A stretch of 64,000 bases of DNA from Candidatus Anstonellales archaeon (GCA_038890615.1 JAWAFI010000001.1:98611-162610), one strand, 5' to 3'. Numbered from the stretch's first letter, positions 9,524 through 20,011 are shown. The notes: a model not told the origin generated them from the letters alone. Translations and numbers: made by a program.

Positions 9524-12500
9524 TTATTTGTTGCTCCTTTTTTCATCCTCTTTCTTAGCATAAGTTGCGTAGAGGTAATATGCGCCTGCCAGGAGGAAGA
9601 TTATTATTATAGGTATAATTATCCACATTATTGGTAACTGCTCTGCCTCAGCCACAAATACCTCTTTCTGAACATTGCCTGACTTGATGGTATAAGTGCC
9701 TGGAGCACCTGGCACAAACGCATACTCGCCATCAATAGTTTTTACCTGAATAGTAGAGCCATCAGGGTAGGTAAGGATAAGGGCTATGTCCACTGGCTTG
9801 CCATCAATAGTGGTGTAAACAATGACTTCCTGCCCAACTGTTGTGGTGTTATTGCTTACAGTTATTTCTAGCCTGCCAGAGATTGCTTCACCACCGCAAG
9901 AGAAAGAGGCCTGTATAAGCTTGTCCAAATATCCTTCTTTTGAGAGCTTAAAGGTGTAGGTGCCTGGCTCAAGCGTTGACGAGAAACTTCCATCAATTAG
10001 CCTATCCTCAATCACCTGCGAGCCCTTGTAGAGCACCATGCGCAGGCCGCTGACAAATGTTGTGAGCTTCACTTGGGCCATGCCATCTTCGCTGCACACA
10101 TAATTCAAGGATGCATCAATAATACTAAGCTGGCATGAAGGTGCAACAAACTCTTTCTGGTAGGGCTGGTAGCCCTGCTTTTCCCCAACAACCTTGTAGC
10201 TCTTCCCTGAAGAAAGGGAGTAAGTTAGCTGCTTTCCTTCAAAGGTGTTTACCAGAACCCCATTCTCATAGATTGTGTAGCGAATCCCTAATGATGAATA
10301 CAAGTAAAGCACTGGAACGCCGTCTATTGAGCACTGTATATCACTCTCAAAGGAGACTGAGGGGCAATCAAGAACAACATTTGAAAGGGTGTATGACTCA
10401 TAGCCGCTCTTTGAAGCAGTGATCGTGTATGTTCCCTGCGCAACTTTCAGAGTTGCCTTTCCATCAGTGCCTGTTGTTGTTGTGTACTGCCCTGCTGAAA
10501 CCAAAGCCCCTGAAACAGGGGAGCCACCTGAAGTTACTTGCACAATTAGAGTGTTTGGGCACTCTTTAGCCACTTCTATGTAAAGCGGAAGCGGCCCTAT
10601 TGTCTGGTTTTCCTCCTCGTGCTCATCATCATCACCCCCACCACCGCCTCCAGAGGCAACCCTAAATGATTGGGTAGCTGAAGAGCCTTCATTTCCGTTC
10701 CCGTCAGTGCACTTTACATTCCAATTGTGTGAGCCGGTTGAAAGGCGCTGGGAAGAAGACACAACAGAACCGCTTGGAGATGGAAGCGTTGCCTTTGCTG
10801 CAGAGTCAACAAAAAGGGTGCACATTATGGGCTCAGTAGCATCTGTTGCAGTCCACCTGAATACTACAGGGTTCCTTAAGGAAGCCCCTTCTGCAGGGTA
10901 GTTGAGCACAATCTCTGGCGCTGTTGTGTCATTTGAAGCAAGCACCTCAAAGTGCCATGTTGAAGAAGTGCCCAAGTTGCCATTAGAATCAGTGCAGCTG
11001 ACATGCCATGAGTGCAATCCACTGGCTACCTGCAAGCTGAGGTCTATTGTAGAGTTTGAGTTAGCCACAACTTGGCTCCTTGGAACAAAATCAACATAAA
11101 GGATGCAATTGACAGGCATTGACCGGTCTGCAACAGAGAAGCTGAACTGAACTGTGTTTGAGTTCAATATTGCACCTTCTAAAGGAGCAATCAGGTTGAT
11201 TACAGGAGGGTCTGATTCAGAAGGGGCAGAAACATTGAAGCTCCATGTTGGGCTTTGCCCTACATTTCCAGCAAGGTCAGAGCACTCAACCCTCCATGTA
11301 TATGAGCCAGCGAGCAAAGAAGTAGTAAACGAAACCTGCGAATTGTTGGCAGGAGAAGTTGTGTTAACCACTTGGTCGTTTATGTAGAGTGAGCACAGGT
11401 TCAAGCCGACATTGTCAGAGGCCTTGTATGAAAGAGTAACTGTTGGATGCACTGTTGCTCCGTTTTGGGGCGATATCAATGTTACTGTTGGCGGCTGGTT
11501 GTCAGGGGATGAAACAGTGAAGGTGCGCGAGCCCACTGCAGAGCTTTGCCCGTTTGAGCAAGCCACAGTCCATCTGAAAGATCCTGTTGGAACTGTTGCT
11601 TGGTAGGAGTATTGCCCTGTTGCAGAAGTAAGAGAATTGGCTGTCACAACAGGAGAGCCTCCTGCTGAGGGTGCAACAGAAAGGTTGCAAGATATGCCGC
11701 TGCTGCCTGCTGTTGAAGTGGCTCTCCATGAGAATTGCACCTGCTGTGATGTGAGCGTAGCGTTGTCCTCAGGGTATATCAAGGTGAGTGTCACCAGCTG
11801 GGTGCCCCCAGGCACAACGTTGAAGTAATATTCAGGCGAATAGGCAATATGTGAAGGCGCTTGGTCAGAAGGCAGGTAGCCTTCGCAAGATACATACCAC
11901 TTATAGCTGCCTGGCTCAAGCTGGATTGTGGTCTGATAGCTAACAGGCACATTTGGAGTCAACTGCATGCTCCAGGTGCTCATAAAAACGTCTTTCTCGC
12001 TGGAAAGGATAAACACATAGAGGTTGCAGCGGGCTGATTCATTTACATTTGAGGTAGCATTCAATGTGAATGAGACATTGCCGCTTTCCACAGTTGAGCC
12101 GTTCTGAGGAGTAAGGAGAGATATTCTTAAAGTCGGTATGTTGCCAACATTCCCTACAAGCGGGTATAAGTCCTTGTTGTGGAAAGAGGATGGCTCTGCT
12201 GGGTCAGAAACAAGCTTAGGATAATCCCCAAAGCCATCGCCATTTGAATCAGGCCAGCTGTAGTTTGAGTAGTAGTTGCCCCCTATTTTTGGCCCGCCTA
12301 TTATATTCCTAGAGGCAAATGGCTCAACATTCCACTTTATTGGAGATTTTCTTACACCTGCTTCTGAAAGTGCATGAAGGTCATCCATTGGGTCGCAAAT
12401 GAAAGCGTTGTTGTAAATGTACATCTTCGGGTCTGATTGTGAAACCATGATGCCAGTTGCATGGAGGGAAGGAGCACCTGGCACACAAGAAGAGAAATAG

Positions 12501-13732
12501 TTTCCGCTGACCTCAAGGAAGTTGGAATTGCATGCCGAAGTAAGAATGGTGTTATACTCTACCTTAAGCGCTTCGTAGAACCCTGAGAACTTGTTGTTTT
12601 TGACCGCTACCTCGCTGCAAGGCGATAGTGAGTTAATTGCTATAACCGCTCCGTTTGAGGCAGAGCCGCCTGATGGCGCATTGCCCTCAAATATGTTGTT
12701 TTTGACTGTTATTTTGTTCACAACCGGATGCCCGTAAGGAGTCGAAACAACGAATGGGTTCTTGTCAGCCCTTACCAAGCTGTTTTCTATCAATATATTT
12801 GTGGGCTGGTTCCTAGCCCCAAAAGCCCCTCCTGAAACTGATATTCCTTCTGAGAGGCCAGAAGGGCTATGGACATTTATGTTTTCATAAGAGAATATTG
12901 CATCCGAGCTTGTCACTACTTTTGCCACTGAGCCATTTGATGAGCCGTATATGTTGTTCAGGTTCATCGTTGACTTTATGCCATTCAAGGCCATTATGAT
13001 CTGGCCTGCCCTTGGGCTCACCTTTATCTGGTTTTTTCTTAAAGAAACCTCATAACCCTGCTCAGAAGCAGAAGGAGCGTAGCATTCATCTGACTGGCAG
13101 TTGGTTATCCCAATTATGTAAAAGGATGGTGAGCTTTCTATGGAGGTTGTTATGGTGTTTGACAAAATAAGGACTAACCCATGTTGATCGTAAGAAGAAA
13201 GGCTAGGCGTCTTATTAAGAATGTCTATCTTTATGAAAAACTTGTAAGGATCAGAAGAGCCATAGTATGTAGCTATGGAAGGAGTTATGTTTATTTCGTT
13301 TCTTGTTATATCAGTGCTATAGAGGTTTTTTGTTGTTATGATGGAATCCTGCAATTTTGCCCCCCAAACTTGCAGTGAACCTTTTGGGTCAGAAACCGAG
13401 AGGTGAGGCTCTGCATGCACCTCGCAATTTTTCAAAGTAATATCTTGAATTGAAAGCCTGCCATCCACAAAAGCATTAACGCATGCAGGAGGGTATTGGG
13501 TTGGGCCCCCTATATAAGATATTGTATTGCCGTTTCCTTTGATTATCACTACCTCATCACTGGTGAGGACAAATGTAAGGCATGTTCCTGAACTGAATGT
13601 GAGGTCTTTTGTGAGCTCATAAGTGCCTGCTGAGTCAATGGTAGTGCAGCTGCTTAGGGGAATTGCATATGCAGCGCCAAAAACAATTAATAGAGCCAAA
13701 AAAGCATATAAGAGACGAACTGATGGAACCAT
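9524..13732 (-). CDS. Large cell-surface protein: signal peptide, beta-helix (NosD/CASH-like), ~5 Ig-like repeats, Gly linker, C-terminal TM anchor
   Basis: N-terminal hydrophobic signal; CTTIDSAGTYELTKDL; NIIGGPKIGGNYYS..DSNGDGFGD; repeats PPxVxLIxPxNG...WxVxCxDxxGN; C-terminal TM helix followed by a basic tail. Confidence 0.85.
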   Translation of the reverse strand: MVPSVRLLYAFLALLIVFGAAYAIPLSSCTTIDSAGTYELTKDLTFSSGTCLTFVLTSDEVVIIKGNGNTISYIGGPTQYPPACVNAFVDGRLSIQDITLKNCEVHAEPHLSVSDPKGSLQVWGAKLQDSIITTKNLYSTDITRNEINITPSIATYYGSSDPYKFFIKIDILNKTPSLSSYDQHGLVLILSNTITTSIESSPSFYIIGITNCQSDECYAPSASEQGYEVSLRKNQIKVSPRAGQIIMALNGIKSTMNLNNIYGSSNGSVAKVVTSSDAIFSYENINVHSPSGLSEGISVSGGAFGARNQPTNILIENSLVRADKNPFVVSTPYGHPVVNKITVKNNIFEGNAPSGGSASNGAVIAINSLSPCSEVAVKNNKFSGFYEALKVEYNTILTSACNSNFLEVSGNYFSSCVPGAPSLHATGIMVSQSDPKMYIYNNAFICDPMDDLHALSEAGVRKSPIKWNVEPFASRNIIGGPKIGGNYYSNYSWPDSNGDGFGDYPKLVSDPAEPSSFHNKDLYPLVGNVGNIPTLRISLLTPQNGSTVESGNVSFTLNATSNVNESARCNLYVFILSSEKDVFMSTWSMQLTPNVPVSYQTTIQLEPGSYKWYVSCEGYLPSDQAPSHIAYSPEYYFNVVPGGTQLVTLTLIYPEDNATLTSQQVQFSWRATSTAGSSGISCNLSVAPSAGGSPVVTANSLTSATGQYSYQATVPTGSFRWTVACSNGQSSAVGSRTFTVSSPDNQPPTVTLISPQNGATVHPTVTLSYKASDNVGLNLCSLYINDQVVNTTSPANNSQVSFTTSLLAGSYTWRVECSDLAGNVGQSPTWSFNVSAPSESDPPVINLIAPLEGAILNSNTVQFSFSVADRSMPVNCILYVDFVPRSQVVANSNSTIDLSLQVASGLHSWHVSCTDSNGNLGTSSTWHFEVLASNDTTAPEIVLNYPAEGASLRNPVVFRWTATDATEPIMCTLFVDSAAKATLPSPSGSVVSSSQRLSTGSHNWNVKCTDGNGNEGSSATQSFRVASGGGGGGDDDEHEEENQTIGPLPLYIEVAKECPNTLIVQVTSGGSPVSGALVSAGQYTTTTGTDGKATLKVAQGTYTITASKSGYESYTLSNVVLDCPSVSFESDIQCSIDGVPVLYLYSSLGIRYTIYENGVLVNTFEGKQLTYSLSSGKSYKVVGEKQGYQPYQKEFVAPSCQLSIIDASLNYVCSEDGMAQVKLTTFVSGLRMVLYKGSQVIEDRLIDGSFSSTLEPGTYTFKLSKEGYLDKLIQASFSCGGEAISGRLEITVSNNTTTVGQEVIVYTTIDGKPVDIALILTYPDGSTIQVKTIDGEYAFVPGAPGTYTIKSGNVQKEVFVAEAEQLPIMWIIIPIIIIFLLAGAYYLYATYAKKEDEKRSNK

Positions 13733-13822
13733 AAATACACCGCAAATAATAATAAAATAAGTTATAAAAATGTATCTATGGGCTAAGATAAGCTTTTAAA
13801 TATATCATTTTTTATATATATC

Positions 13823-14161
13823 ATGAAAAGTATAGAGTGCGAAAAAGAGCTTATAGGGAAAGCCATAATGAGGCAATTCCTGGAGACCTTTGCGCTCTGG
13901 CTCTTCTCGCAGAGAGAGATGACTGGCTATGAATTGATAAAGCTCTGTAGGAACGAGCATCTCTATGTTGCTACCCCAAGCAGGGTTTACCCTGTGCTGA
14001 AAAAAATGGAAAGGAAAGGTTTCATAAAGGTCACAAAAGAAGATGAAAGGGGAAGGAAGTTCTACAAGATAACTGAAGAAGGGAATAAGGAGCTGATGCT
14101 AAGGAAGGGGTGGATGAAGGAAGGACTTAAAGGAAAGTTTTGGAGGGACATGGTAGTATGA
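13823..14161 (+). CDS. PadR-family transcriptional regulator
   Basis: MTGYELIK...VYPVLKKMERKGFI...RKFYKITEEG. Confidence 0.9.
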   Translation: MKSIECEKELIGKAIMRQFLETFALWLFSQREMTGYELIKLCRNEHLYVATPSRVYPVLKKMERKGFIKVTKEDERGRKFYKITEEGNKELMLRKGWMKEGLKGKFWRDMVV

Positions 14162-14823
14162 GCAGCGTAATAAAAGGAGAAGAGATATGGAAAATTTACA
14201 AGAACGGCGGGGTTGGCACAGTTGCACTGAAGGATGTGAGCTTTGACATAAAGAAGGGAGAGATGCTGGGCATACTTGGGCAAAGTGGAAGTGGAAAGAG
14301 CACGCTTTTGCACATAATAGGGCTTCTTGATGACCCTACAAAAGGCAAGCTTTACATAAATGGAATTAATACGCAAAAGATGGATGAGGATGAGAAGGCA
14401 AAGCTAAGGCTTGAAACTATAGGGTTTGTTTTCCAGGCTTTCAACCTGCTGCCAGGGCTTACTGCATATGAAAATGCACTACTCCCGATGGTTATAAAGG
14501 AAAGCGTTGAAAAGGAGTATGTAGAGGAGCTGTTTGAGAAGTTCAATATAGCTCATAGAATGGAATACTATCCGAACCAGCTAAGCGGAGGGGAAAGGCA
14601 AAGGGTTGCCATAATAAGGGCTTTGGCAAACAAACCAAGCGTGATACTTGCTGATGAGCCCACAGGAAACCTTGACAGCAAGAATGGCAATGAGGTGCTT
14701 CAGGCATTCGAAAAGGTAAACAAGGAGTTTGGCACTACTGTAGTCATAGTTACGCATGACCAGGATATTGTAAAGAATATGGACAGGATAATAAAGCTTA
14801 AAGATGGGATGGTGATTGAATGA
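14158..14823 (+). CDS. ABC transporter ATP-binding protein (LolD/MacB type)
   Basis: GQSGSGKST, LSGGERQRVAI, ILADEPTGNLD; start taken at the ATGA overlap with padR. Confidence 0.95.
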   Translation: MSSVIKGEEIWKIYKNGGVGTVALKDVSFDIKKGEMLGILGQSGSGKSTLLHIIGLLDDPTKGKLYINGINTQKMDEDEKAKLRLETIGFVFQAFNLLPGLTAYENALLPMVIKESVEKEYVEELFEKFNIAHRMEYYPNQLSGGERQRVAIIRALANKPSVILADEPTGNLDSKNGNEVLQAFEKVNKEFGTTVVIVTHDQDIVKNMDRIIKLKDGMVIE

Positions 14824-16253
14824 AAAGAGCAGTATTGTTTTTGTTATTGATAGGAATAGCAAGCGCTGCCCTATCCGTGCAGGGCATCAACACTGACAAG
14901 AATTCATACGAGCCAGGGGATGGCGGATATATAACAGTAACTATAGGCGCAGGGGCTTTGAAAGATGTTGACTCAGTGAGGATAGACATAAGCAGCCCTA
15001 ATGTGCTTTCGCTTCCTCAAACGCTTTTTGTAGGCACAATAACAGCTGCATCAAGCACTACTATGCAGGTGCCGCTTGTTGCAAGCAGCAATGCTGAAAG
15101 CGGGGTGTACAGCGTTTCCCTTACTATAAGAGGTATAGAGAAAAACGACCAAGGGCAAAGCGTAGTTACTGAAAAGACAACCTTCACGGTAGTTAAGGTT
15201 GTAAAGAAGCCAAAGATAAGCTTAAGGCTTGATACAACGCAGGTGCAGGAGAGAGGGGAGATAGGCATCACCATTGAAAACAAAGGAGGAAAGGCAAGGG
15301 GCCTTCAGCTAAAGGCAGCGAGTCCGTTTTACCTTGAAGGCCAGCCGGTCTATATTGGTGATTTTGAAGGGAGCAAAAAGGCATCTTTAGGAATAGACAG
15401 CACAGGAGCCCAAGAAGGCAGCAACATACTATCAATTACAGCAACATACCAGGACCTTTTAGGAGACAGCTATTCTGAATCTTTCTCAGTTCCGGTAACA
15501 GTAACAAAAGGGGTTGCAGGGCTCAAAGTAAGGGTTGAAGGAGGAGTTGAAGGAGTAGAGAGCCCAATGAAGCTTATGGTTGAGAACACAGGCAGCAATG
15601 AACTTCAGGAATTCAAAATAATATTTGGAGAGAGGGTAAGGGCAGCAGAAGGCGGGGAGCTTAATGTAGGCACAGTGCCAGCAGGCAGCTCCAAAGAGGC
15701 GCAATTTAGGGGAATGACCTCGCTTTCGCCCGGAATATCTTATGAGCCAATGGTTGTTGAGTATGTGGAAAAAGGTGAGAGGAAGAGGTTCAAGCTGAAT
15801 GTGCCTGTTGAAGTGATGAGCAACAACAAGCTAAAAGTTTTTTTGGAGGGTAAGCCGCTGCCGCTTTATGCAGGCGAAAAGAGCAAGCTCGTAATAACAG
15901 TTGCAAATGTCGGAAACAGCAAGATAAATGCACTTACTGTTATGGCAGAGGTTGAAGGGGCAGAGATGCAGAGCATAACCAACGAGCAGTTCATAGGAGA
16001 GCTTATGGTAAATGATTTCAGCGATGTGCAGTTTGACATAGTGCCAAAAGCTTCTGGAAGCATGCCTGTAAAGGTTACTTTAAAGTATAAGGATGCAGAA
16101 GGCAAGGAGCACTCAGAGGCCTACTATTTTAGCGCTAATGTATCGCAGAGGGCTGCAGAAGGGCCTTCAATCCTGCTCATTGTTCTGGCTCTTGCAGTTG
16201 TGTTGCTTGGGGCCTACTTCCTTTGGTGGAGGAAAAGGGGAGCAAAGAAATGA
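14820..16253 (+). CDS. COG1361-like S-layer-domain protein, membrane anchored
   Basis: Signal peptide, Ig-like repeats (ITIENKG, VENTG, VANVG), C-terminal TM + WRKR; typical position inside archaeal MacB-type ABC operons. Confidence 0.8.
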   Translation: MKRAVLFLLLIGIASAALSVQGINTDKNSYEPGDGGYITVTIGAGALKDVDSVRIDISSPNVLSLPQTLFVGTITAASSTTMQVPLVASSNAESGVYSVSLTIRGIEKNDQGQSVVTEKTTFTVVKVVKKPKISLRLDTTQVQERGEIGITIENKGGKARGLQLKAASPFYLEGQPVYIGDFEGSKKASLGIDSTGAQEGSNILSITATYQDLLGDSYSESFSVPVTVTKGVAGLKVRVEGGVEGVESPMKLMVENTGSNELQEFKIIFGERVRAAEGGELNVGTVPAGSSKEAQFRGMTSLSPGISYEPMVVEYVEKGERKRFKLNVPVEVMSNNKLKVFLEGKPLPLYAGEKSKLVITVANVGNSKINALTVMAEVEGAEMQSITNEQFIGELMVNDFSDVQFDIVPKASGSMPVKVTLKYKDAEGKEHSEAYYFSANVSQRAAEGPSILLIVLALAVVLLGAYFLWWRKRGAKK

Positions 16254-17446
16254 AGCCAGAAGATATAGCATGGATGTCCTTAAACAGCATAAGAAGGAGG
16301 AAGCTTAGGACATGGCTTACAGTGGCAAGCGTTGTGATAGGGGTTGTGGCGCTTACATTGCTCATTGGGGCTGGCACTGGCCTCCAGAAAGAAGTAAAGG
16401 AAACATTGGAGGTTTTTGGCCCAAAGATAGTGCAAGTAGTCCCAATAAGCTCAATAAGCGCAGCTGCGTTCTACAAGCCAAGGGTAATACGCTTCACCCC
16501 CCAGGACTTAAATGCAGTTAGGAACATGCCAGGGGTTGAGGCAGCTACTGCAGCTGTTTCAGGCAGGGCACTTATAGAATACAAGGGCTCAGAAGGGCAG
16601 GGTTTTATACTTGGGCTCGAGGCAGAGAATATAGAACGGCTTGTCGGCAATGTAGAGGTAAAGGAAGGCCGGCTGGTTGAGCCAGGGGAGAAGGCAGTAG
16701 TAGTAGGTGAGGTTTTTGCAGAAAATGGGTTTGTTAACAAGAAGGTAGAGCTTGGAAGCTTCCTTACTGTCGCAAACAGGAGCTATAGGGTAGTAGGCAT
16801 ACTTAAGAAAACAGGGGCAATGGCAAGCCCTGTGGACAGCGGCATTTTCATGGAGCTTGATGAGGCAAGGTACGCCCTAAAAAAGGAAAAGAATGAGATT
16901 GATGCCATAAGGGCAGTTGTTTCAGATGCCTACGATACTGAAGAGGTTGCACAAAACATAAAGGACAGGATTGCGTCGCTCCACAAGCTTAACGATGAAG
17001 AAAAGGACAGCTTTTCTGTGGTAACGGCAAAATCAATACAAAGCACAGTAGACAGCGTGCTATCCATGCTCACTACTTTTCTTGGAGGGCTTGGGCTAAT
17101 CTCTGTAATAGTTGGCACAGTTGGAAGCATGAACACAATGTATATGAGTGTCATTGAAAGGACAAGGGAAATAGGGATACTCAGCTCAATAGGGGCAAGG
17201 AAAAAGGAGATAGTGGCTATGTTCATGCTTGAGAGCCTCATCATAAGCTTAATTGGGGGGCTCGTAGGGCTTGGAATAAGCTTTTCGATAGCGTTTCTTG
17301 CGAGCGAATATGTGCCAATAGAAATATCCCTTGAGCTTGTGGCAGGGATAATGGCCTTATGCCTTGCTTCAGGTGTTATTGCAGGATACAGCCCAGCAAT
17401 GCAGGCAGCTTCAGTAGAGCCAACAGTGGCTTTGAGGTATGAGTAA
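16250..17446 (+). CDS. ABC transporter permease (MacB/FtsX family)
   Basis: RRKLRTWLT, MNTMYMSVIERTREIGIL, PTVALRYE. Confidence 0.92.
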   Translation: MKPEDIAWMSLNSIRRRKLRTWLTVASVVIGVVALTLLIGAGTGLQKEVKETLEVFGPKIVQVVPISSISAAAFYKPRVIRFTPQDLNAVRNMPGVEAATAAVSGRALIEYKGSEGQGFILGLEAENIERLVGNVEVKEGRLVEPGEKAVVVGEVFAENGFVNKKVELGSFLTVANRSYRVVGILKKTGAMASPVDSGIFMELDEARYALKKEKNEIDAIRAVVSDAYDTEEVAQNIKDRIASLHKLNDEEKDSFSVVTAKSIQSTVDSVLSMLTTFLGGLGLISVIVGTVGSMNTMYMSVIERTREIGILSSIGARKKEIVAMFMLESLIISLIGGLVGLGISFSIAFLASEYVPIEISLELVAGIMALCLASGVIAGYSPAMQAASVEPTVALRYE

Positions 17447-18661
17447 ATGAAGCTTTCATCAATGGCTGAGCAGGTTGCAAAAAAGATAAGGCAGAGAGGG
17501 ATTAGGAGCTGGCTAACTATGCTTGGGATGGTCATAGGGGTTGCTGCCATATTCTCCCTTTTATCTATAAGCTTGGGCGTTAATGAAGAGGTTGCCAAGC
17601 AGCTTGAGATGTTCGGGAGCGACACAATAATAGTGTACAATGTTCCTGAGCAATCAATAATATCAAGCGGAGGGGGCCTGCTAGGAGCATCAGGAAGAAT
17701 AACAAAAAAAGACACAGACAGCGTGAGGACAACTATAGGCGTAAAAACAGTCACGAGGGCGCTTTATGACAGGGAATCTATATCATATAAAGGGGAAAAC
17801 ATAAGCCTCTATGTGGTTGGCTATGATGCCTCTGTGTTTGAGCAGTTCAGTGTAATAAAGGCTGAGAAAGGAAGGCTTTACGAGGAAGGGGAAAGAGGCG
17901 TGGTAGTGGTAGGAAGCTCTGTTGCTAAGGATTACTTCAAAGATGAAATTAAGGTAAACAGCCAAATTGTGATAGAGAACAAGACCTTCACTGTGGTTGG
18001 CATACTTGAGGAGCAGAGGGGCCTCTCAACAGAGGATATGAACAGTTACATAATTATACCTTATGAAGACGCTGAGCTCATAATGAGGGATGCATTCAGG
18101 GAAGGGGATGTCTATGCGCTTGTAATAACAGTAGATGAGAGCTTCAGCACAAAGGAGGTAGCAGAGAACATAAAATACAAGATAGCTGCAAACCACAGGG
18201 TAGATGTTGATGAGCCTGATTTTAGCGTGATTACAATGGAAACAACAGCAGAGATGGTTGGCAGCATAATAGGGGTTGTTAATGCAGTTCTAAGCTTCAC
18301 AGGAGGAATTGCTGTTGTAGTTGGCGCAATAGGGATCGCAAACTCGATGTTCATGAGCGTTGTGGAGAGGAGGAAAGAGATAGGCATAATGAGGGCAATA
18401 GGGGCTCGCAAGCAGGAAGTGGAGATGATGTTCCTTATGGAGAGCGCAGCCCTAGGGCTTTTGGCAGGAATGGCAGGGGTGCTTATATCAGGGGCGCTGC
18501 TCTATGCTGGCTCATTGGTTGGAGTGCCAGTTGTTTTCTCTCCTTTGGTTTTCCTAGCAACTGTTTTGGGGTCAATGGCAATAGGCACTATTGCAGGCTT
18601 TGTGCCTGCCAAGCAGGCAACAGAGGTGAACCCAGTTGAGGCAATGCACTATGATTTCTGA
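17447..18661 (+). CDS. ABC transporter permease (MacB/FtsX family), paralog
   Basis: IRSWLTMLG, IANSMFMSVVERRKEIGIMRAIGA, NPVEAM. Confidence 0.92.
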   Translation: MKLSSMAEQVAKKIRQRGIRSWLTMLGMVIGVAAIFSLLSISLGVNEEVAKQLEMFGSDTIIVYNVPEQSIISSGGGLLGASGRITKKDTDSVRTTIGVKTVTRALYDRESISYKGENISLYVVGYDASVFEQFSVIKAEKGRLYEEGERGVVVVGSSVAKDYFKDEIKVNSQIVIENKTFTVVGILEEQRGLSTEDMNSYIIIPYEDAELIMRDAFREGDVYALVITVDESFSTKEVAENIKYKIAANHRVDVDEPDFSVITMETTAEMVGSIIGVVNAVLSFTGGIAVVVGAIGIANSMFMSVVERRKEIGIMRAIGARKQEVEMMFLMESAALGLLAGMAGVLISGALLYAGSLVGVPVVFSPLVFLATVLGSMAIGTIAGFVPAKQATEVNPVEAMHYDF

Positions 18662-19077
18662 GGCAGGGGGGGCAAAGAGCAGAGGTGCTTTGCACCCAAA
18701 ATGCAGCACACTTCTGAAAGGAGCTCAATGCGCTCCTCATCATCAAACCCCTTCATCAAGGAATCAAGCTTATTGAGCTTGAGCGGGAAAAATAGCTCAA
18801 CGTCCTTTAAAAAGCTTTTACCCTTGAATTCAGCTGGAGCAGCAAAGGAAGGGCTGAATGAAGAGGGAAAAGGAAGAAGAAGCCTTTTCACACCTGCCTT
18901 TGAGCAGGCTTTCAGGTAAGAGGACGGCTCTTCTGGAAGCTGGGAAGGGGGGATGTGCTTGGAAGCGATATGTATTATAAGAGCGCCTGGGAGCGTTGAA
19001 GGGTATGCAACTGCATAGCTCTCCCTAATAGAGGAAAGAACTGACTTCTTCACGAGCAAGGCTGCTTCTGAAAGCAT
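18649..19077 (-). CDS. Hypothetical protein
   Basis: 142-aa ORF filling the gap, starting 1 nt after tRNA-Arg; no recognised motif. Confidence 0.5.
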   Translation of the reverse strand: MLSEAALLVKKSVLSSIRESYAVAYPSTLPGALIIHIASKHIPPSQLPEEPSSYLKACSKAGVKRLLLPFPSSFSPSFAAPAEFKGKSFLKDVELFFPLKLNKLDSLMKGFDDEERIELLSEVCCILGAKHLCSLPPLPQKS

Positions 19078-19078
19078 A

Positions 19079-19153
19079 CGGGCCCGAAGGGATTTGAACC
19101 CCTGGCCAACAGCTTAGAAGGCTGCCGCTCTGTCCAGGCTGAGCTACGGGCCC
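19079..19153 (-). tRNA. tRNA-Arg(TCT)
   Basis: GGGCCCG acceptor stem, anticodon arm GCAGC-CT-TCT-AA-GCTGT, TTCAAAT T-loop; CCA not encoded. Confidence 0.95.
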
Positions 19154-19189
19154 AATTAGTGTATAAGTATGCATAGCAACAATTTTAAG

Positions 19190-20011
19190 CTATATGTGCA
19201 CCCTAAGGAATTTCGCTGCTTCTCTCTTTTTTGCTGGTTCCTCGCTTTCTTTTCCATACGAAGCAACTGCCAACGCCATTCCTACTAATGAGCCACCGAA
19301 CATTACTTTTAATAGGTCGCCTGCTTTGAATGGCTCGGATGAAACAATTGAAGAGAAGAAAAGCGGCATTCCATCCTTTATTGGCTTTATGGCTTCTTTC
19401 TTTATTTCAACAACCTTTCCCGGGAGGGCCTTTTCAGGAGGGAGCAGGGCAGCAGGGGTTTCGCCCTTTGCAAGGCACTCAATAAAGTTGTCTATTGTTA
19501 TGCATTGGCTCTCCCTCCAATTGCCGAAGGCAGTGCGCCTCAACTCATCCATCCTCCCTTTTATGCCCAATGCCTTACCTATGTCCTCGCACAGCACCCT
19601 TATGTAAGTGCCTGCTTCGACATTTGCAATGAAAAGTACCTTTTTTCCCTGAATCTCAACAATATCCAGCGAATAAACCTTCCTCTTCCTGTTCCTTCTA
19701 GCCACTGCGCTTATTTTCGGAGGCATCTGGGTTATCTCGCCTGTGAAAGCCCTGAAGACGCGCTCAATCCGCTCCCTTGGCACTTCTTCAGACAGCTTTA
19801 ATATCCCGACATATTCCTTTGTTTCCCTGTCTAAAAATTGAATAAGCTTCCTTGAGCGCCCTATTGCTATGGGAAGCACGCCGCTCACATTTGGATCAAG
19901 GGTGCCTATGTGGCCACACTTCTTCCCTACAAGCTTTGAAATAAGCGCAGTGGCCTCTGAGCTTGCAATTTTAGGAGGCTTGTCAAGGAGCAGGAAGCCC
20001 TCAAGTTCCAT
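19190..20011 (-). CDS. cbf5: RNA-guided pseudouridine synthase Cbf5/TruB
   Basis: LLDKP, GHIGTLDP, KEYVG, QMPP..SAV, GTYIR, ELRRT; C-terminal PUA-like domain. Confidence 0.92.
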   Translation of the reverse strand: MELEGFLLLDKPPKIASSEATALISKLVGKKCGHIGTLDPNVSGVLPIAIGRSRKLIQFLDRETKEYVGILKLSEEVPRERIERVFRAFTGEITQMPPKISAVARRNRKRKVYSLDIVEIQGKKVLFIANVEAGTYIRVLCEDIGKALGIKGRMDELRRTAFGNWRESQCITIDNFIECLAKGETPAALLPPEKALPGKVVEIKKEAIKPIKDGMPLFFSSIVSSEPFKAGDLLKVMFGGSLVGMALAVASYGKESEEPAKKREAAKFLRVHI

